DNA of 64,000 nucleotides from Eledone cirrhosa (GCA_964016885.1 OZ024742.1:224192001-224256000); one strand, 5' to 3'. Counted from the stretch's first letter, positions 17,777 to 30,427 are shown. A program made the numbers and translations. The notes: generated by a model not told the origin, from the letters alone.

Positions 17777-18420
17777 GCGATGAAATACCCATGATCGTTT
17801 GGTAAATCACTGATGAGGGACTCATTTTATAACATGTTATCCATGTGCAACCAGCAGTATTCTTCTCACCCATATTTTCATATATTTACCCAAACTGCAA
17901 TTCTGTGTTTCTCTCTTTCTCTCTTACTGCTCCCTCGTTCTCTCTGTTTCTCTTACTTTCTTTCGTCCCCTCTGCCATGTCAGTTAACTCTTTCTCTCTA
18001 CTGACCTCTTCCTCGCACTCCCACTCACTCAGTCCCTGTTTCTCCCCTTCTTTCTTCCTCCCGTTTGCTGGGAAAACGGTTTTCATTCTTTCTAACACCG
18101 GATTCACTAACGAAAGGTCTGTTTTCTGACTCGCTCATATATTCACACAGCTTATGCTGAAAGAATAACTATGTTGCTTGTGTTTATTTCCATCTTCGGT
18201 TAGCTTCCCCCTGTGTTGTTTACTTGTCTCACTCGCTTTACGCGTTTCTATTGTCCTAATAACTTATTTTAGTTATTATCGCTCCAACGTGAGGTATATG
18301 ATTTTTAATGCGATGAAATACCCATGATCGTTTGGTAAATCACTGATGAGGGACTCATTTTATAACATGTTATCCATGTGCAACCAGCAGTATTCTTTTC
18401 ACCCATATTTTCATATATAT
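17774..18420 (+). mobile_element. 533-nt non-coding monomer with about 110-nt terminal redundancy in (TA)n (duplicate at 22695-23341; diverged minus copy at 31207-31605)
   Basis: aatgcgatgaaatacccatg...cccatattttcatatat at 17774 and 18307. HHR-like fold at 18284-18335. Confidence 0.75.
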
Positions 18421-18590
18421 ATAAGCTTCCATATCTGGAAACAATGGGCATTCCACGTGTGCTGATGTCCACTAATTTTCAAGTATGGGCGTTTATATGC
18501 CCTGTTAGACTATTCGCTGTAAAAGCTAATTCAGTTTTTAAGTTTTCAATCGCCGCCGTTGTCTAAATACAAATAGATCCAACAACAACG

Positions 18591-18672
<82 letters not shown>

Positions 18673-18691
18673 ATTGGGTGTTTATATATAT

Positions 18692-19403
18692 ATACCTTAT
18701 TGAGTTGCACACCCCGATTGCATTCGTTAGCTTAGCTGCAGCCAGAGCTTCGATTATGCTGTACTACATTTTGTATTATTATCTCCTAGACTTAATGATT
18801 AATTGATTAATTTAATTAGACAATTCTATTGATTGGTTAATTGTTTATGTTTGTTTAATAACATCTAGTTGAGTGCTTTATTCGGGTTGTGTAAAGGAAT
18901 TTATTCCTTTGTTCAAATTTTGAATTTGACCGCCAAAACCGGGGGTTACCTCCCTTCGGGAAAACCATGTGACTACTAGCCGTGTTTATTGCTAATAATC
19001 ACAACCGGGCGGACTAGAACGAAAACTTGTTGACGAAGTAAATTCCACTGTTCTATCTTCCAAAACCAATAACTTGCAGATCCCTGCAAGTGGATTTTAT
19101 CGATTTCGGATTTACAGAAACCTAGCGGAGATATTATATATTATATGTGATATATATTATATATTGTATATTATGTGTTATATGTTATGTATGGTATCAA
19201 CGCAGCGGTCCAGGTTTGTCATATTTTCCTGAGTTCAGTTTTTTTCGTCCTTTGATCACTGCGGCTCGCCTATCGGTCGTTGTCTTCAATTTGCAAAGCT
19301 GCCTAAACGTAATGTTATAACTCTAAGGTAATATACCTTATTGAGTGCTTAGCTGCACACCCCGATTGCATTCGTTAGCTTGGCTGCAGCCAGAGCTTCG
19401 ATT
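18692..19403. mobile_element. About 648-nt non-coding monomer with about 80-nt terminal redundancy in (TA)n (duplicate at about 23590-24320)
   Basis: gcacaccccgattgcattcgttagct...cgattatgct at 18707 and 19355. No convincing HHR found by eye. Confidence 0.65.
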
Positions 19404-19419
19404 ATGCTCTACTAAATTT

Positions 19420-19467
<48 letters not shown>

Positions 19468-19553
19468 GGAAAATTTGAACAGGAACAAGACAGAGAGGCA
19501 GTACAACGAATGTTTATTAATTTCACGCTCTTGAGAGTGGGGTGGTGGTGGGG

Positions 19554-19588
19554 AACGACGTTTCGAGCATAAGCCCTTCTTCAGGTGA
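19554..19588 (-). ncRNA. Minimal type I hammerhead motif near the 3' end of a CA-rich element (19447-20140); duplicate at 24451-24485
   Basis: Minus strand reads ac-CTGAAGA-a-gggc-ttat-gctc-GAAA-C-GTC-gt, followed by AATAAA and then (TA)n. Confidence 0.65.
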
Positions 19589-20156
19589 AAAGTGTGTGGG
19601 AAGAGAGTTCAAAGGGTGTGTAGGGGAGTGGTGGAGAGACATATAGCAAAAGGGGGTGGGAGGAAACGGTGCAAATGAAATTAAAAATAAAAGCATATTC
19701 AAATTAAAATTAAAATGGGGTAAAACAGGTGGTGGAAGGGTGTGGGGGCGTGTAGGGGTGGCGGCGGGTGGAGTGGGGAGAGGGAGACGGGGTGTCCGAG
19801 CGGGGAGGGCTGAAGGTGGTGTGTGTGTGTAGGTGTACGTGTGTGTGTGTGTGTGTGTGTATGTGAAAGCAAGGGTTGGGGGAAGAATAGGGTTGCATGT
19901 TCAGGAAGAGGTGTGTGTGTGGGGTGGGGTGTAGGTCGGAGTGTGTGTGCGTGTGTGGATAGAGGGGTGGGGGGAGAGGAATCCGGAGGCTGAATGTGTA
20001 AATATGTGGTGGAGCGCACGTGTGTGTGTGGTGCTTAAGCGTGTTGTGGGTGTAGGTGGCGTGTGGGAAAAAAATTTTTTTGGGGGTGTGTGTGTGTGTG
20101 GGTGAGTCATAAAGGTGATTCCGTAAGAAGATGTGGTGGAATGGATATATATATAT

Positions 20157-20458
20157 ATATATGAATGTATATATAGTGTATTTTGCAATACACTGTATGC
20201 TTAATTAAAAGCATTTCGAAGACCTTACGCTATTGTTTTAGAGTAGTGACAGTCTCACTTACTTTAATTTTCAGCAAACAGGGGAGATAAGCACCAAAAA
20301 GTGCGAAACGGAGCTCTGTCAGCTTTATCTCCCCTGTTTGCTGAAAATTAAAGTAAGTGAGACTGTCACTACTCTAAAACAATAGCGTAAGGTCTTCGAA
20401 ATGCTTTTAATTAAGCATACAGTGTATTGCAAAATACACTATATATACATTCATATAT
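20157..20458. repeat. Fold-back with about 134-bp perfect arms around the 3' half of a hammerhead; duplicate at 25052-25353
   Basis: Arms 20157-20290 and 20325-20458. Spacer gcac-caaaaa-gtgc-GAAA-CGGAGCTCTG-TC-agct. Same family as 20895-21125 and 47540-48180. Confidence 0.9.
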
Positions 20459-20551
20459 CTATCACTATTTCAGAGCACCAATTCTAATATATATATATAT
20501 AAGGAAAGTATATACTTTCAGACGTTCAACCATCTGGCAGGAAGGTATAAT

Positions 20552-20594
20552 ACGATGCTGACGATAGCTAATAAGCTTGAAACTAGTACATCGT
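20552..20594 (+). ncRNA. Type I minimal hammerhead ribozyme with intact core; duplicate at 25447-25489
   Basis: acgatg-CTGACGA-t-agct-aata-agct-t-GAAA-CTAG-TA-catcgt: 6-bp stem I, palindromic stem III ACTAGT, GUA cleavage triplet. Confidence 0.8.
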
Positions 20595-20894
20595 TCCTGT
20601 GTCAGTGTTGAACAAAAAGTTGACGTGGTTGCCTAAACACTGTACGGCGTAATTCGGGCTGTTTATTTGTTTACAAACAAACAAACCGAGCATTATAATA
20701 AATGTTCGGTAAACCGATACGTACATATATATATGTGTGCATGTATGTATATATATATACATACTACTGTACGTCTGTATACATATATGTATGTACGTAT
20801 ACATACATACATACTTACATTTAAGTAAGTGCCGTACTAAGAGTGAGAAATGAAATTTCGTCTCATTCTATTCCACTTATATATATATATATAT

Positions 20895-21114
20895 ATTGGT
20901 GCTAGAAATAGCGATGTATACATGAATGTATGTATAGTATATTTGGCAATATACCGTATGTTTAATTAAAAACATTTAGAAGAACATTCGCTATGAGTTT
21001 TAAAGTAGTGACTATGTGACTTACTTATTTTCGGTGAAAGTAAGGGAGAGTGATTGACAGTCTGTTTCTTGCTGGTTGGCGTTTATCAAAACCACGCACT
21101 CTCCTACCTCCGCC

Positions 21115-21124
<10 letters not shown>
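20895..21124 (-). mobile_element. Diverged copy of the 320-nt HHR family; degenerate HHR at 21052-21092
   Basis: attggtgct.gaaatagcgatgtatacatgaatg... matches 47831 onward. Minus strand reads TTGATAA-acgc..GAAA-CAGA-CTGTC. Confidence 0.7.
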
Positions 21125-21163
<39 letters not shown>

Positions 21164-21375
21164 CGTTTCTGAATTTGTTTAGCAAGATTCTTTATCTGAA
21201 ATCGTGTGTTGAAACCGATATTGTTATACTTTGGGAGGGTCATGTTGCCAATAAGAAACACACGCACCAGTTGCTTTCACTTCAATTTATTATATATTTA
21301 TAAATTTATAAATTTATAAATTTATAAATTTCTGGTTGGTTGGTTGGTTCCACAACCAGATAGTTGTTTATATAT

Positions 21376-21420
21376 AGTCATAGTTCTTTCGTCACACACT
21401 CTGTGACCTCTTCAGTGACT
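21376..21420 (-). ncRNA. Type I minimal hammerhead ribozyme; duplicate at 26311-26355
   Basis: Minus strand reads agtca-CTGAAGA-g-gtcac-agagtgt-gtgac-GAAA-G-aa-CTA-tgact, with 5-bp stems I and II. Confidence 0.75.
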
Positions 21421-21427
21421 GGGGATT

Positions 21428-21533
21428 CTGTTTTATTCGAAGGAAATCATCAGGAAAGCCCTGATGATCAGGCTTTCGTGATGATTACCTTCGATCGAAT
21501 GAAACAGTTCTAATCCTGTAGAAGCCATTTCTA

Positions 21534-21567
<34 letters not shown>

Positions 21568-21830
21568 GATAATAATGATGGCTGCGCGTTGCAAATGGTG
21601 GTGCATATATATATATATATAATATAGAAATGGCTTCTACAGGATTAGAACTGTTTCATTCCATCGAAGGTAATCATCACGAAATCCTGATCATCAGGGC
21701 TTTCCTGATGATTTCCTTCGAATAAAACAGTTCTACTCACGTAGAAGCCATTTCTATATTAAATATTTATACTCTGCTATGTATTGTGTACCTTACTTAC
21801 TGTGGTTACACCCGATTGAACCCGGGATAT
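21428..21830. mobile_element. Nested inverted hammerhead-bearing element (four HHR-like units), same family as 49065-49280; duplicate at about 26363-26760
   Basis: 21428-21534 is the reverse complement of 21624-21730, and each is internally palindromic. Units read ..TGATGA-tt..gaat-GAAA-CAG-ttctaatc-CTG-TA-gaagc with single core mutations. Confidence 0.75.
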
Positions 21831-21834
21831 ATAT

Positions 21835-21878
<44 letters not shown>

Positions 21879-21879
21879 A

Positions 21880-22155
21880 CGTTGTTGTTGGATCTACGTC
21901 GGTCCCGACGATCAACAGAACAGTCTGCTCATGAAATTAACATGTAAGTTGCAGCGCTTTTTGACGATATATGCTCCCTTAATGTAGTTTTCATGAAGAT
22001 TCAGCGTGACACAATGTATAACAACTCATTTTTTCCCAGCTGAGTGAATTGGAGCAACGTGAAATAAAGTGTATTGTTCAATGATACAACGCGCCGCCGG
22101 AAATCAAACTCATCACTGTACGATCGTGAGCCGAATATCGTAACTGCTAAGTCAT
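21880..22155 (-). mobile_element. tRNA-derived SINE, family B (cactttatttcacgttgctcca...cactcagctgg); other copies at 26805-27075, 38905-39150, 45755-46065, 50255-50680, 50718-50960, 50990-51215, 55290-55535
   Basis: Shared core plus a B-box-like gagtttgattt/gttcgat head and a (AAC)n tail. Confidence 0.7.
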
Positions 22156-22634
22156 GTATATAAAAAGCAAGTAATTGCATCGAGAAAATATAAACCCACG
22201 AGAAAGGAAATTAGGAATTTATTTGCTTTAACATATGTTTCCGTGTCTATTATAATTCTCTACATATACTAACTACAATATATATATTGTTTATTCATAT
22301 GCAATACTTAATTATTTATCACACTTCTTCAGAAAGCTTATAATTGTTTGTGGAAGTGACTTTCCACCACGCAGTAGAATTCAGGAATGAGAAGTTCAGT
22401 ATAAAAATGGTATTTTCGTTGAAGAAAATATAAAACAAGAATAAATCAAAATGACAATACAAAATAGAATAAAATAAAGCAAGTTTGTGTGATAGTAGAG
22501 AGAGTTAGGAGGAGAGGGAATGAGGGTGAAGAGTTTCACATTATCATTATATACATACACACATACACAGAAACACACGTACACAAACACACACACACTC
22601 TCTCTCTCTCTCACTCACACACACACACGCACAT

Positions 22635-22697
<63 letters not shown>

Positions 22698-23511
22698 GCG
22701 ATGAAATACCCATGATCGTTTGGTAAATCACTGATGAGGGACTCATTTTATAACATGTTATCCATGTGCAACCAGCAGTATTCTTCTCACCCATATTTTC
22801 ATATATTTACCCAAACTGCAATTCTGTGTTTCTCTCTTTCTCTCTTACTGCTCCCTCGTTCTCTCTGTTTCTCTTACTTTCTTTCGTCCCCTCTGCCATG
22901 TCAATTAACTCTTTCTCTCTACTGACCTCTTCCTCGCACTCCCACTCACTCAGTCCCTGTTTCTCCCCTTCTTTCTTCCTCCCGTTCGCTGGGAAAACGG
23001 TTTTCATTCTTTCTAACACCGGATTCACTAACGAAAGGTCTGTTTTCTGACTCGCTCATATATTCACACAGCTTATGCTGAAAGAATAACTATGTTGCTT
23101 GTGTTTATTTCCATCTTCGGTTAGCTTCCCCCTGTGTTGTTTACTTGTCTCACTCGCTTTACGCGTTTCTATTGTCCTAATAACTTATTTTAGTTATTAT
23201 CGCTCCAACGTGAGGTATATGATTTTTAATGCAATGAAATACCCATGATCGTTTGGTAAATCACTGATGAGGGACTCATTTTATAACATGTTATCCATGT
23301 GCAACCAGCAGTATTCTTTTCACCCATATTTTCATATATATATAAGCTTCCATATCTGGAAACAATGGGCATTCCACGTGTGCTGATGTCCACTAATTTT
23401 CAAGTATGGGCGTTTATATGCCCTGTTAGACTATTCGCTGTAAAAGCTAATTCAGTTTTTAAGTTTTCAATCGCCGCCGTTGTCTAAATACAAATAGATC
23501 CAACAACAACG

Positions 23512-23569
<58 letters not shown>

Positions 23570-24316
23570 ATTGGGTGTTTATATATATATACCTTATTGA
23601 GTTGCACACCCCGATTGCATTCGTTAGCTTAGCTGCAGCCAGAGCTTCGATTATGCTGTACTACATTTTGTATTATTATCTCCTAGACTTAATGATTAAT
23701 TGATTAATTTAATTAGACAATTCTATTGATTGGTTAATTGTTTATGTTTGTTTAATAACATCTAGTTGAGTGCTTTATTCGGGTTGTGTAAAGGAATTTA
23801 TTCCTTTGTTCAAATTTTGAATTTGACCGCCAAAACCGGGGGTTACCTCCCTTCGGGAAAACCATGTGACTACTAGCCGTGTTTATTGCTAATAATCACA
23901 ACCGGGCGGACTAGAACGAAAACTTGTTGACGAAGTAAATTCCACTGTTCTATCTTCCAAAACCAATAACTTGCAGATCCCTGCAAGTGGATTTTATCGA
24001 TTTCGGATTTACAGAAACCTAGCGGAGATATTATATATTATATGTGATATATATTATATATTGTATATTATGTGTTATATGTTATGTATGGTATCAACGC
24101 AGCGGTCCAGGTTTGTCATATTTTCCTGAGTTCAGTTTTTTTCGTCCTTTGATCACTGCGGCTCGCCTATCAGTCGTTGTCTTCAATTTGCAAAGCTGCC
24201 TAAACGTAATGTTATAACTCTAAGGTAATATACCTTATTGAGTGCTTAGCTGCACACCCCGATTGCATTCGTTAGCTTGGCTGCAGCCAGAGCTTCGATT
24301 ATGCTCTACTAAATTT

Positions 24317-24364
<48 letters not shown>

Positions 24365-26009
24365 GGAAAATTTGAACAGGAACAAGACAGAGAGGCAGTA
24401 CAACGAATGTTTATTAATTTCACGCTCTTGAGAGTGGGGTGGTGGTGGGGAACGACGTTTCGAGCATAAGCCCTTCTTCAGGTGAAAAGTGTGTGGGAAG
24501 AGAGTTCAAAGGGTGTGTAGGGGAGTGGTGGAGAGACATATAGCAAAAGGGGGTGGGAGGAAACGGTGCAAATGAAATTAAAAATAAAAGCATATTCAAA
24601 TTAAAATTAAAATGGGGTAAAACAGGTGGTGGAAGGGTGTGGGGGCGTGTAGGGGTGGCGGCGGGTGGAGTGGGGAGAGGGAGACGGGGTGTCCGAGCGG
24701 GGAGGGCTGAAGGTGGTGTGTGTGTGTAGGTGTACGTGTGTGTGTGTGTGTGTGTGTATGTGAAAGCAAGGGTTGGGGGAAGAATAGGGTTGCATGTTCA
24801 GGAAGAGGTGTGTGTGTGGGGTGGGGTGTAGGTCGGAGTGTGCGTGCGTGTGTGGATAGAGGGGTGGGGGGAGAGGAATCCGGAGGCTGAATGTGTAAAT
24901 ATGTGGTGGAGCGCACGTGTGTGTGTGGTGCTTAAGCGTGTTGTGGGTGTAGGTGGCGTGTGGGAAAAAAATTTTTTTGGGGGTGTGTGTGTGTGGGTGA
25001 GTCATAAAGGTGATTCCGTAAGAAGATGTGGTGGAATGGATATATATATATATATATGAATGTATATATAGTGTATTTTGCAATACACTGTATGCTTAAT
25101 TAAAAGCATTTCGAAGACCTTACGCTATTGTTTTAGAGTAGTGACAGTCTCACTTACTTTAATTTTCAGCAAACAGGGGAGATAAGCACCAAAAAGTGCG
25201 AAACAGAGCTCTGTCAGCTTTATCTCCCCTGTTTGCTGAAAATTAAAGTAAGTGAGACTGTCACTACTCTAAAACAATAGCGTAAGGTCTTCGAAATGCT
25301 TTTAATTAAGCATACAGTGTATTGCAAAATACACTATATATACATTCATATATCTATCACTATTTCAGAGCACCAATTCTAATATATATATATATAAGGA
25401 AAGTATATACTTTCAGACGTTCAACCATCTGGCAGGAAGGTATAATACGATGCTGACGATAGCTAATAAGCTTGAAACTAGTACATCGTTCCTGTGTCAG
25501 TGTTGAACAAAAAGTTGACGTGGTTGCCTAAACACTGTACGGCGTAATTCGGGCTGTTTATTTGTTTACAAACAAACAAACCGAGCATTATAATAAATGT
25601 TCGGTAAACCGATACGTACATATATATATGTGTGCATGTATGTATATATATATACATACTACTGTACGTCTGTATACATATATGTATGTACGTATACATA
25701 CATACATACTTACATTTAAGTAAGTGCCGTACTAAGAGTGAGAAATGAAATTTCGTCTCATTCTATTCCACTTATATATATATATATATATTGGTGCTAG
25801 AAATAGCGATGTATACATGAATGTATGTATAGTATATTTGGCAATATACCGTATGTTTAATTAAAAACATTTAGAAGAACATTCGCTATGAGTTTTAAAG
25901 TAGTGACTATGTGACTTACTTATTTTCGGTGAAAGTAAGGGAGAGTGATTGACAGTCTGTTTCTTGCTGGTTGGCGTTTATCAAAACCACGCACTCTCCT
26001 ACCTCCGCC

Positions 26010-26098
<89 letters not shown>

Positions 26099-26464
26099 CG
26101 TTTCTGAATTTGTTTAGCAAGATTCTTTATCTGAAATCGTGTGTTGAAACCGATATTGTTATACTTTGGGAGGGTCATGTTGCCAATAAGAAACACACGC
26201 ACCAGTTGCTTTCACTTCAATTTATTATATATTTATAAATTTATAAATTTATAAATTTATAAATTTCTGGTTGGTTGGTTGGTTCCACAACCAGATAGTT
26301 GTTTATATATAGTCATAGTTCTTTCGTCACACACTCTGTGACCTCTTCAGTGACTGGGGATTCTGTTTTATTCGAAGGAAATCATCAGGAAAGCCCTGAT
26401 GATCAGGCTTTCGTGATGATTACCTTCGATCGAATGAAACAGTTCTAATCCTGTAGAAGCCATT

Positions 26465-26496
<32 letters not shown>

Positions 26497-26763
26497 GATA
26501 ATAATGATGGCTGCGCGTTGCAAATGGTGGTGCATATATATATATATATAATATAGAAATGGCTTCTACAGGATTAGAACTGTTTCATTCGATCGAAGGT
26601 AATCATCACGAAATCCTGATCATCAGGGCTTTCCTGATGATTTCCTTCGAATAAAACAGTTCTACTCACGTAGAAGCCATTTTTATATTAAATATTTATA
26701 CTCTGCTATGTATTGTGTACCTTACTTACTGTGGTTACACCCGATTGAACCCGGGATATATAT

Positions 26764-26800
<37 letters not shown>

Positions 26801-27557
26801 AACGTTGTTGTTGGATCTACGTCGGTCCCGACGATCAACAGAACAGTCTGCTCATGAAATTAACATGTAAGTTGCAGCGCTTTTTGACGATATATGCTCC
26901 CTTAATGTAGTTTTCATGAAGATTCAGCGTGACACAATGTATAACAACTCATTTTTTCCCAGCTGAGTGAATTGGAGCAACGTGAAATAAAGTGTATTGT
27001 TCAATGATACAACGCGCCGCCGGAAATCAAACTCATCACTGTACGATCGTGAGCCGAATATCGTAACTGCTAAGTCATGTATATAAAAAGCAAGTAATTG
27101 CATCGAGAAAATATAAACCCACGAGAAAGGAAATTAGAAATTTATTTGCTTTAACATATGTTTCCGTGTCTATTATAATTCTCTACATATACTAACTACA
27201 ATATATATATTGTTTATTCATATGCAATACTTAATTATTTATCACACTTCTTCAGAAAGCTTATAATTGTTTGTGGAAGTGACTTTCCACCACGCAGTAG
27301 AATTCAGGAATGAGAAGTTCAGTATAAAAATGGTATTTTCGTTGAAGAAAATATAAAACAAGAACAAATCAAAATGACAATAAAAAATAGAATAAAATAA
27401 AGCAAGTTTGTGTGATAGTAGAGAGAGTTAGGAGGAGAGGGAATGAGGGTGAAGAGTTTCACATTATCATTATATACATACACACATACACAGAAACACA
27501 CGTACACAAACACACACACACTCTCTCTCTCTCTCACTCACACACACACACGCACAT

Positions 27558-27620
<63 letters not shown>

Positions 27621-27749
27621 GACAATGAAGAGACACAGAGGACAAAGGTCATCGATAAGGTCATAACTTGTGACAAAAGAAATTTGTCAATTGATTAATC
27701 CTCTGATCAGCCAACTGAATGAGTGATTAATTAACTGATCTATAACGCT

Positions 27750-27963
27750 TTCTAATTTTATCACAAGGCCAGTAATTTTTTGAGGGTGGCGATTAGAGAA
27801 TGTCGGTTATATCGACCTCCCAGTACATGAATGGTACTTTATTTTATCGATATCGGAAGGAGGAAAGACAAATTTAACCTCGGCGGAATTGGAACTCAGA
27901 ACAAATAACGCTAAGCATTTGTTCGACGCTCTAACGACTCTGTCACCCCCCCCCCCCCCGCCT
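27750..27963 (-). mobile_element. tRNA-derived SINE family A, diverged subfamily
   Basis: cacaaggccag...ggtactttattttatcga...aacctcggcggaattggaactcag. Confidence 0.75.
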
Positions 27964-29148
27964 TTGTAATAAAACTGAAGTGCAACAAACCAGTGCGAGT
28001 GCTTTGCTAGATAGCACGACGCTCCCAAAATACAACAATATTTTACACTTTCTCCTAATATAATTACTTTCTCCTCCAACAGGCATATATTACAACCCTC
28101 TTTTTACTTGCATTTTCTTGATGAAAGTTTTATGTTTTTTTTTTAGTTTTTTTTTAGAAAACTAGTTAGTTCTACTTCTTCTAAATAACTTAGAGACAGA
28201 AAAAAAGATGAGTCGGAAGTAACATAAAAAAAAAAGCTTCCCCAAACCCAAGTCAACAGAATACAAAATAAAAAAAAGCAGTGTAATTGAAGTGTTGTGA
28301 AATATGTAGATATGATTGTATGATTGTTTTGAGAAAACCGGTACAATGTAAAAGGGAGGCGTAACATCGAAATATCACGACATATAACCTATTCGTAACC
28401 GTATTTCTTATGAAATACACTCTATTGCAATTAACTAATGAAAGATTTTGGGCGATTTAATAAAATTATTATTTCATTACTGCGAAATTAACGCAGTATA
28501 TAGTTCTTATATAAAATTATACTGGAAGATTTTAATTTAAATAGGAACTTTTTAAAGTGGGTGGTTTTGTTTCAATGCATTTACTAAAATTATTAATTAT
28601 TTCATTACTAGGATAATAACTTAACATATAGTCCTAATTTAAAATTACTTCGGCAGATTTTAACTTAAATAGAAAACCTTTAAAATGAGTGATTTTGTTT
28701 AATAGAACCAGAGCCAGTTTTGGCCGGGTTGGTGGTAAATGTGTAAAATATTGTATTGGTTTGTTTTTCTTACTTAACTCTAGTTTTCACTCTTGTATTT
28801 CTAATTTGCGTCGTACCCGCTTCCCCAAAACAATCATTAAAAAAAAACAAAACGCGTTTGAGAAAGTAGGAAGTAGGAAAAAAAAAGCGTCTTGTCAGCT
28901 CCCTATTGTCCTCCTGGCAAGCAGCAGATTTAAGTTGGTATTTAGTTTTTTTTTGTGTGTGAAGGTATCTTTTTTGTGGTCCGTTAAACGTAAAAAAAAT
29001 CAAAACATAAAAATATCATGTGCGTATTAGTGAGTGAGTGCGCGCGCGCGCGCGCGTGTGTGTACGTGTGTGTGTGTGTCTGTATGTGTGTGTGTGTGTG
29101 TGTGTGCGTGTGTGTATGTGTGTGTGTATGTATGTATATATGTATATA

Positions 29149-29214
<66 letters not shown>

Positions 29215-29730
29215 AAGCAAAGTAAAGAAGAAATTACACACAGCTTGTTCTCCTTTGACCGTTCATGTCTCTCTCTCTTTCTCTCTTTCTCCCCTTTCTC
29301 TCTTTCTCTTTGTCTCTCCCCCTCTCTGCCTCTCTCTCTCCCTCTCTCTATCTCTGTCTCTCTCTCTATCTCTGTCTCTCTCTGTCTACGCACATACACA
29401 CACACTCACAAAAAAATAGAAGCACATCGCTGGAAGCAACTGACACCCGTTGACATACGGGGATGAAGAATGGCAAGTAAGAATGATTAATGGTGTATCC
29501 AAAGCATTGCAAGTTAAATGACAAGAAGATATCTTTGTAGCCATCCATCCTCCCCTTCTTTCTTTGTCAATCTTTTTCTTTAAAAAAATTTTTTAGCCAT
29601 AACTTTTACCTCTTCTGCCACAGACGATAAAATGGCAGTGAATGAAAGGAAATTTCAATACCTTATTTATTTGTATAACGTGTATACCTATTTTGTATAG
29701 CATATATACTTCTTTACCTTCTCCCTATAT

Positions 29731-29915
29731 ATAATTGTTTCATCTTTTGGCACAAGGCCAGCAATTATCCAGTACATTACTGGTACTTTATTTTTATCGA
29801 CCCCGAAAGGATGAAAGGCAAAGTTAACCTGGACGGGAGGATTTGAACTCAGACCGTAAAGGGACGTAACTATGCTGGAAAACATGGCGTCCGACTCTCT
29901 ACCGATACTGCCAAT
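29731..29915 (-). mobile_element. tRNA-derived SINE family A (Nin/Deu-domain-like)
   Basis: Near full-length match to 53704-53890. Confidence 0.85.
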
Positions 29916-29973
29916 AATGTAACTTGATTGACTGGTACTCCAGTTCCGTTGAAGCCAAACGACTACTCATCCC

Positions 29974-30008
<35 letters not shown>

Positions 30009-30087
30009 CACACACATACACATATATATACACACACATATATATATGTACATATATATATATATATTTATATATACATATATATAC

Positions 30088-30119
<32 letters not shown>

Positions 30120-30304
30120 ATTTAATACATTAACAGAGAAAGCTTTTAGCGATACTCTGACCAACTCCATCTCACTCAACAAACATTAGGATATACCTGA
30201 GTATAATTCCAATTATGTGTTTGGCGTGCTAACTATACTGTATTCCGTGGATAGTTGGTTGTATTATTTTATATGAGACATAATTAAATAAATCTCTCTT
30301 TCTT

Positions 30305-30427
30305 TCCATACGATCGTTTCGTTATAAGATTTCTACAAGGTGGGAAAAATAATGTCCAAGTTGTGTAGAAGCTTGTATATAATCCATAGATATACTCACA
30401 AGTGGGCCCTTATAACTCATCAGTGGA
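30305..30427 (-). ncRNA. Type I hammerhead ribozyme with a branched insertion of about 75-80 nt in stem II
   Basis: Minus strand reads tcca-CTGATGA-gttataag-[insert]-cttataac-GAAA-CGATCG-TA-tgga: canonical core, 8-bp stem II, palindromic stem III. Confidence 0.85.

Larger units (their letters stand above)
17774..27609 (+). repeat. Tandem duplication of about 4.92 kb (17774-22694 and 22695-27609), near-identical
   Basis: Identical ORF pairs are offset by 4921 (17813/22734). The copies differ mainly in microsatellite length and a few SNPs. Junctions lie in (TA)n. Confidence 0.95.

Noticed and set aside
17810-17830. CTGATGAG as the core of a canonical hammerhead (also 18343, 22731, 23263, 31270)
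   Set aside because: No stem II followed by GAAA could be folded downstream.
19314-19332. ataactctaaggta resembling rDNA homing-endonuclease or R2 target sites
   Set aside because: It is only a short partial match in AT-rich DNA with no surrounding rRNA sequence.
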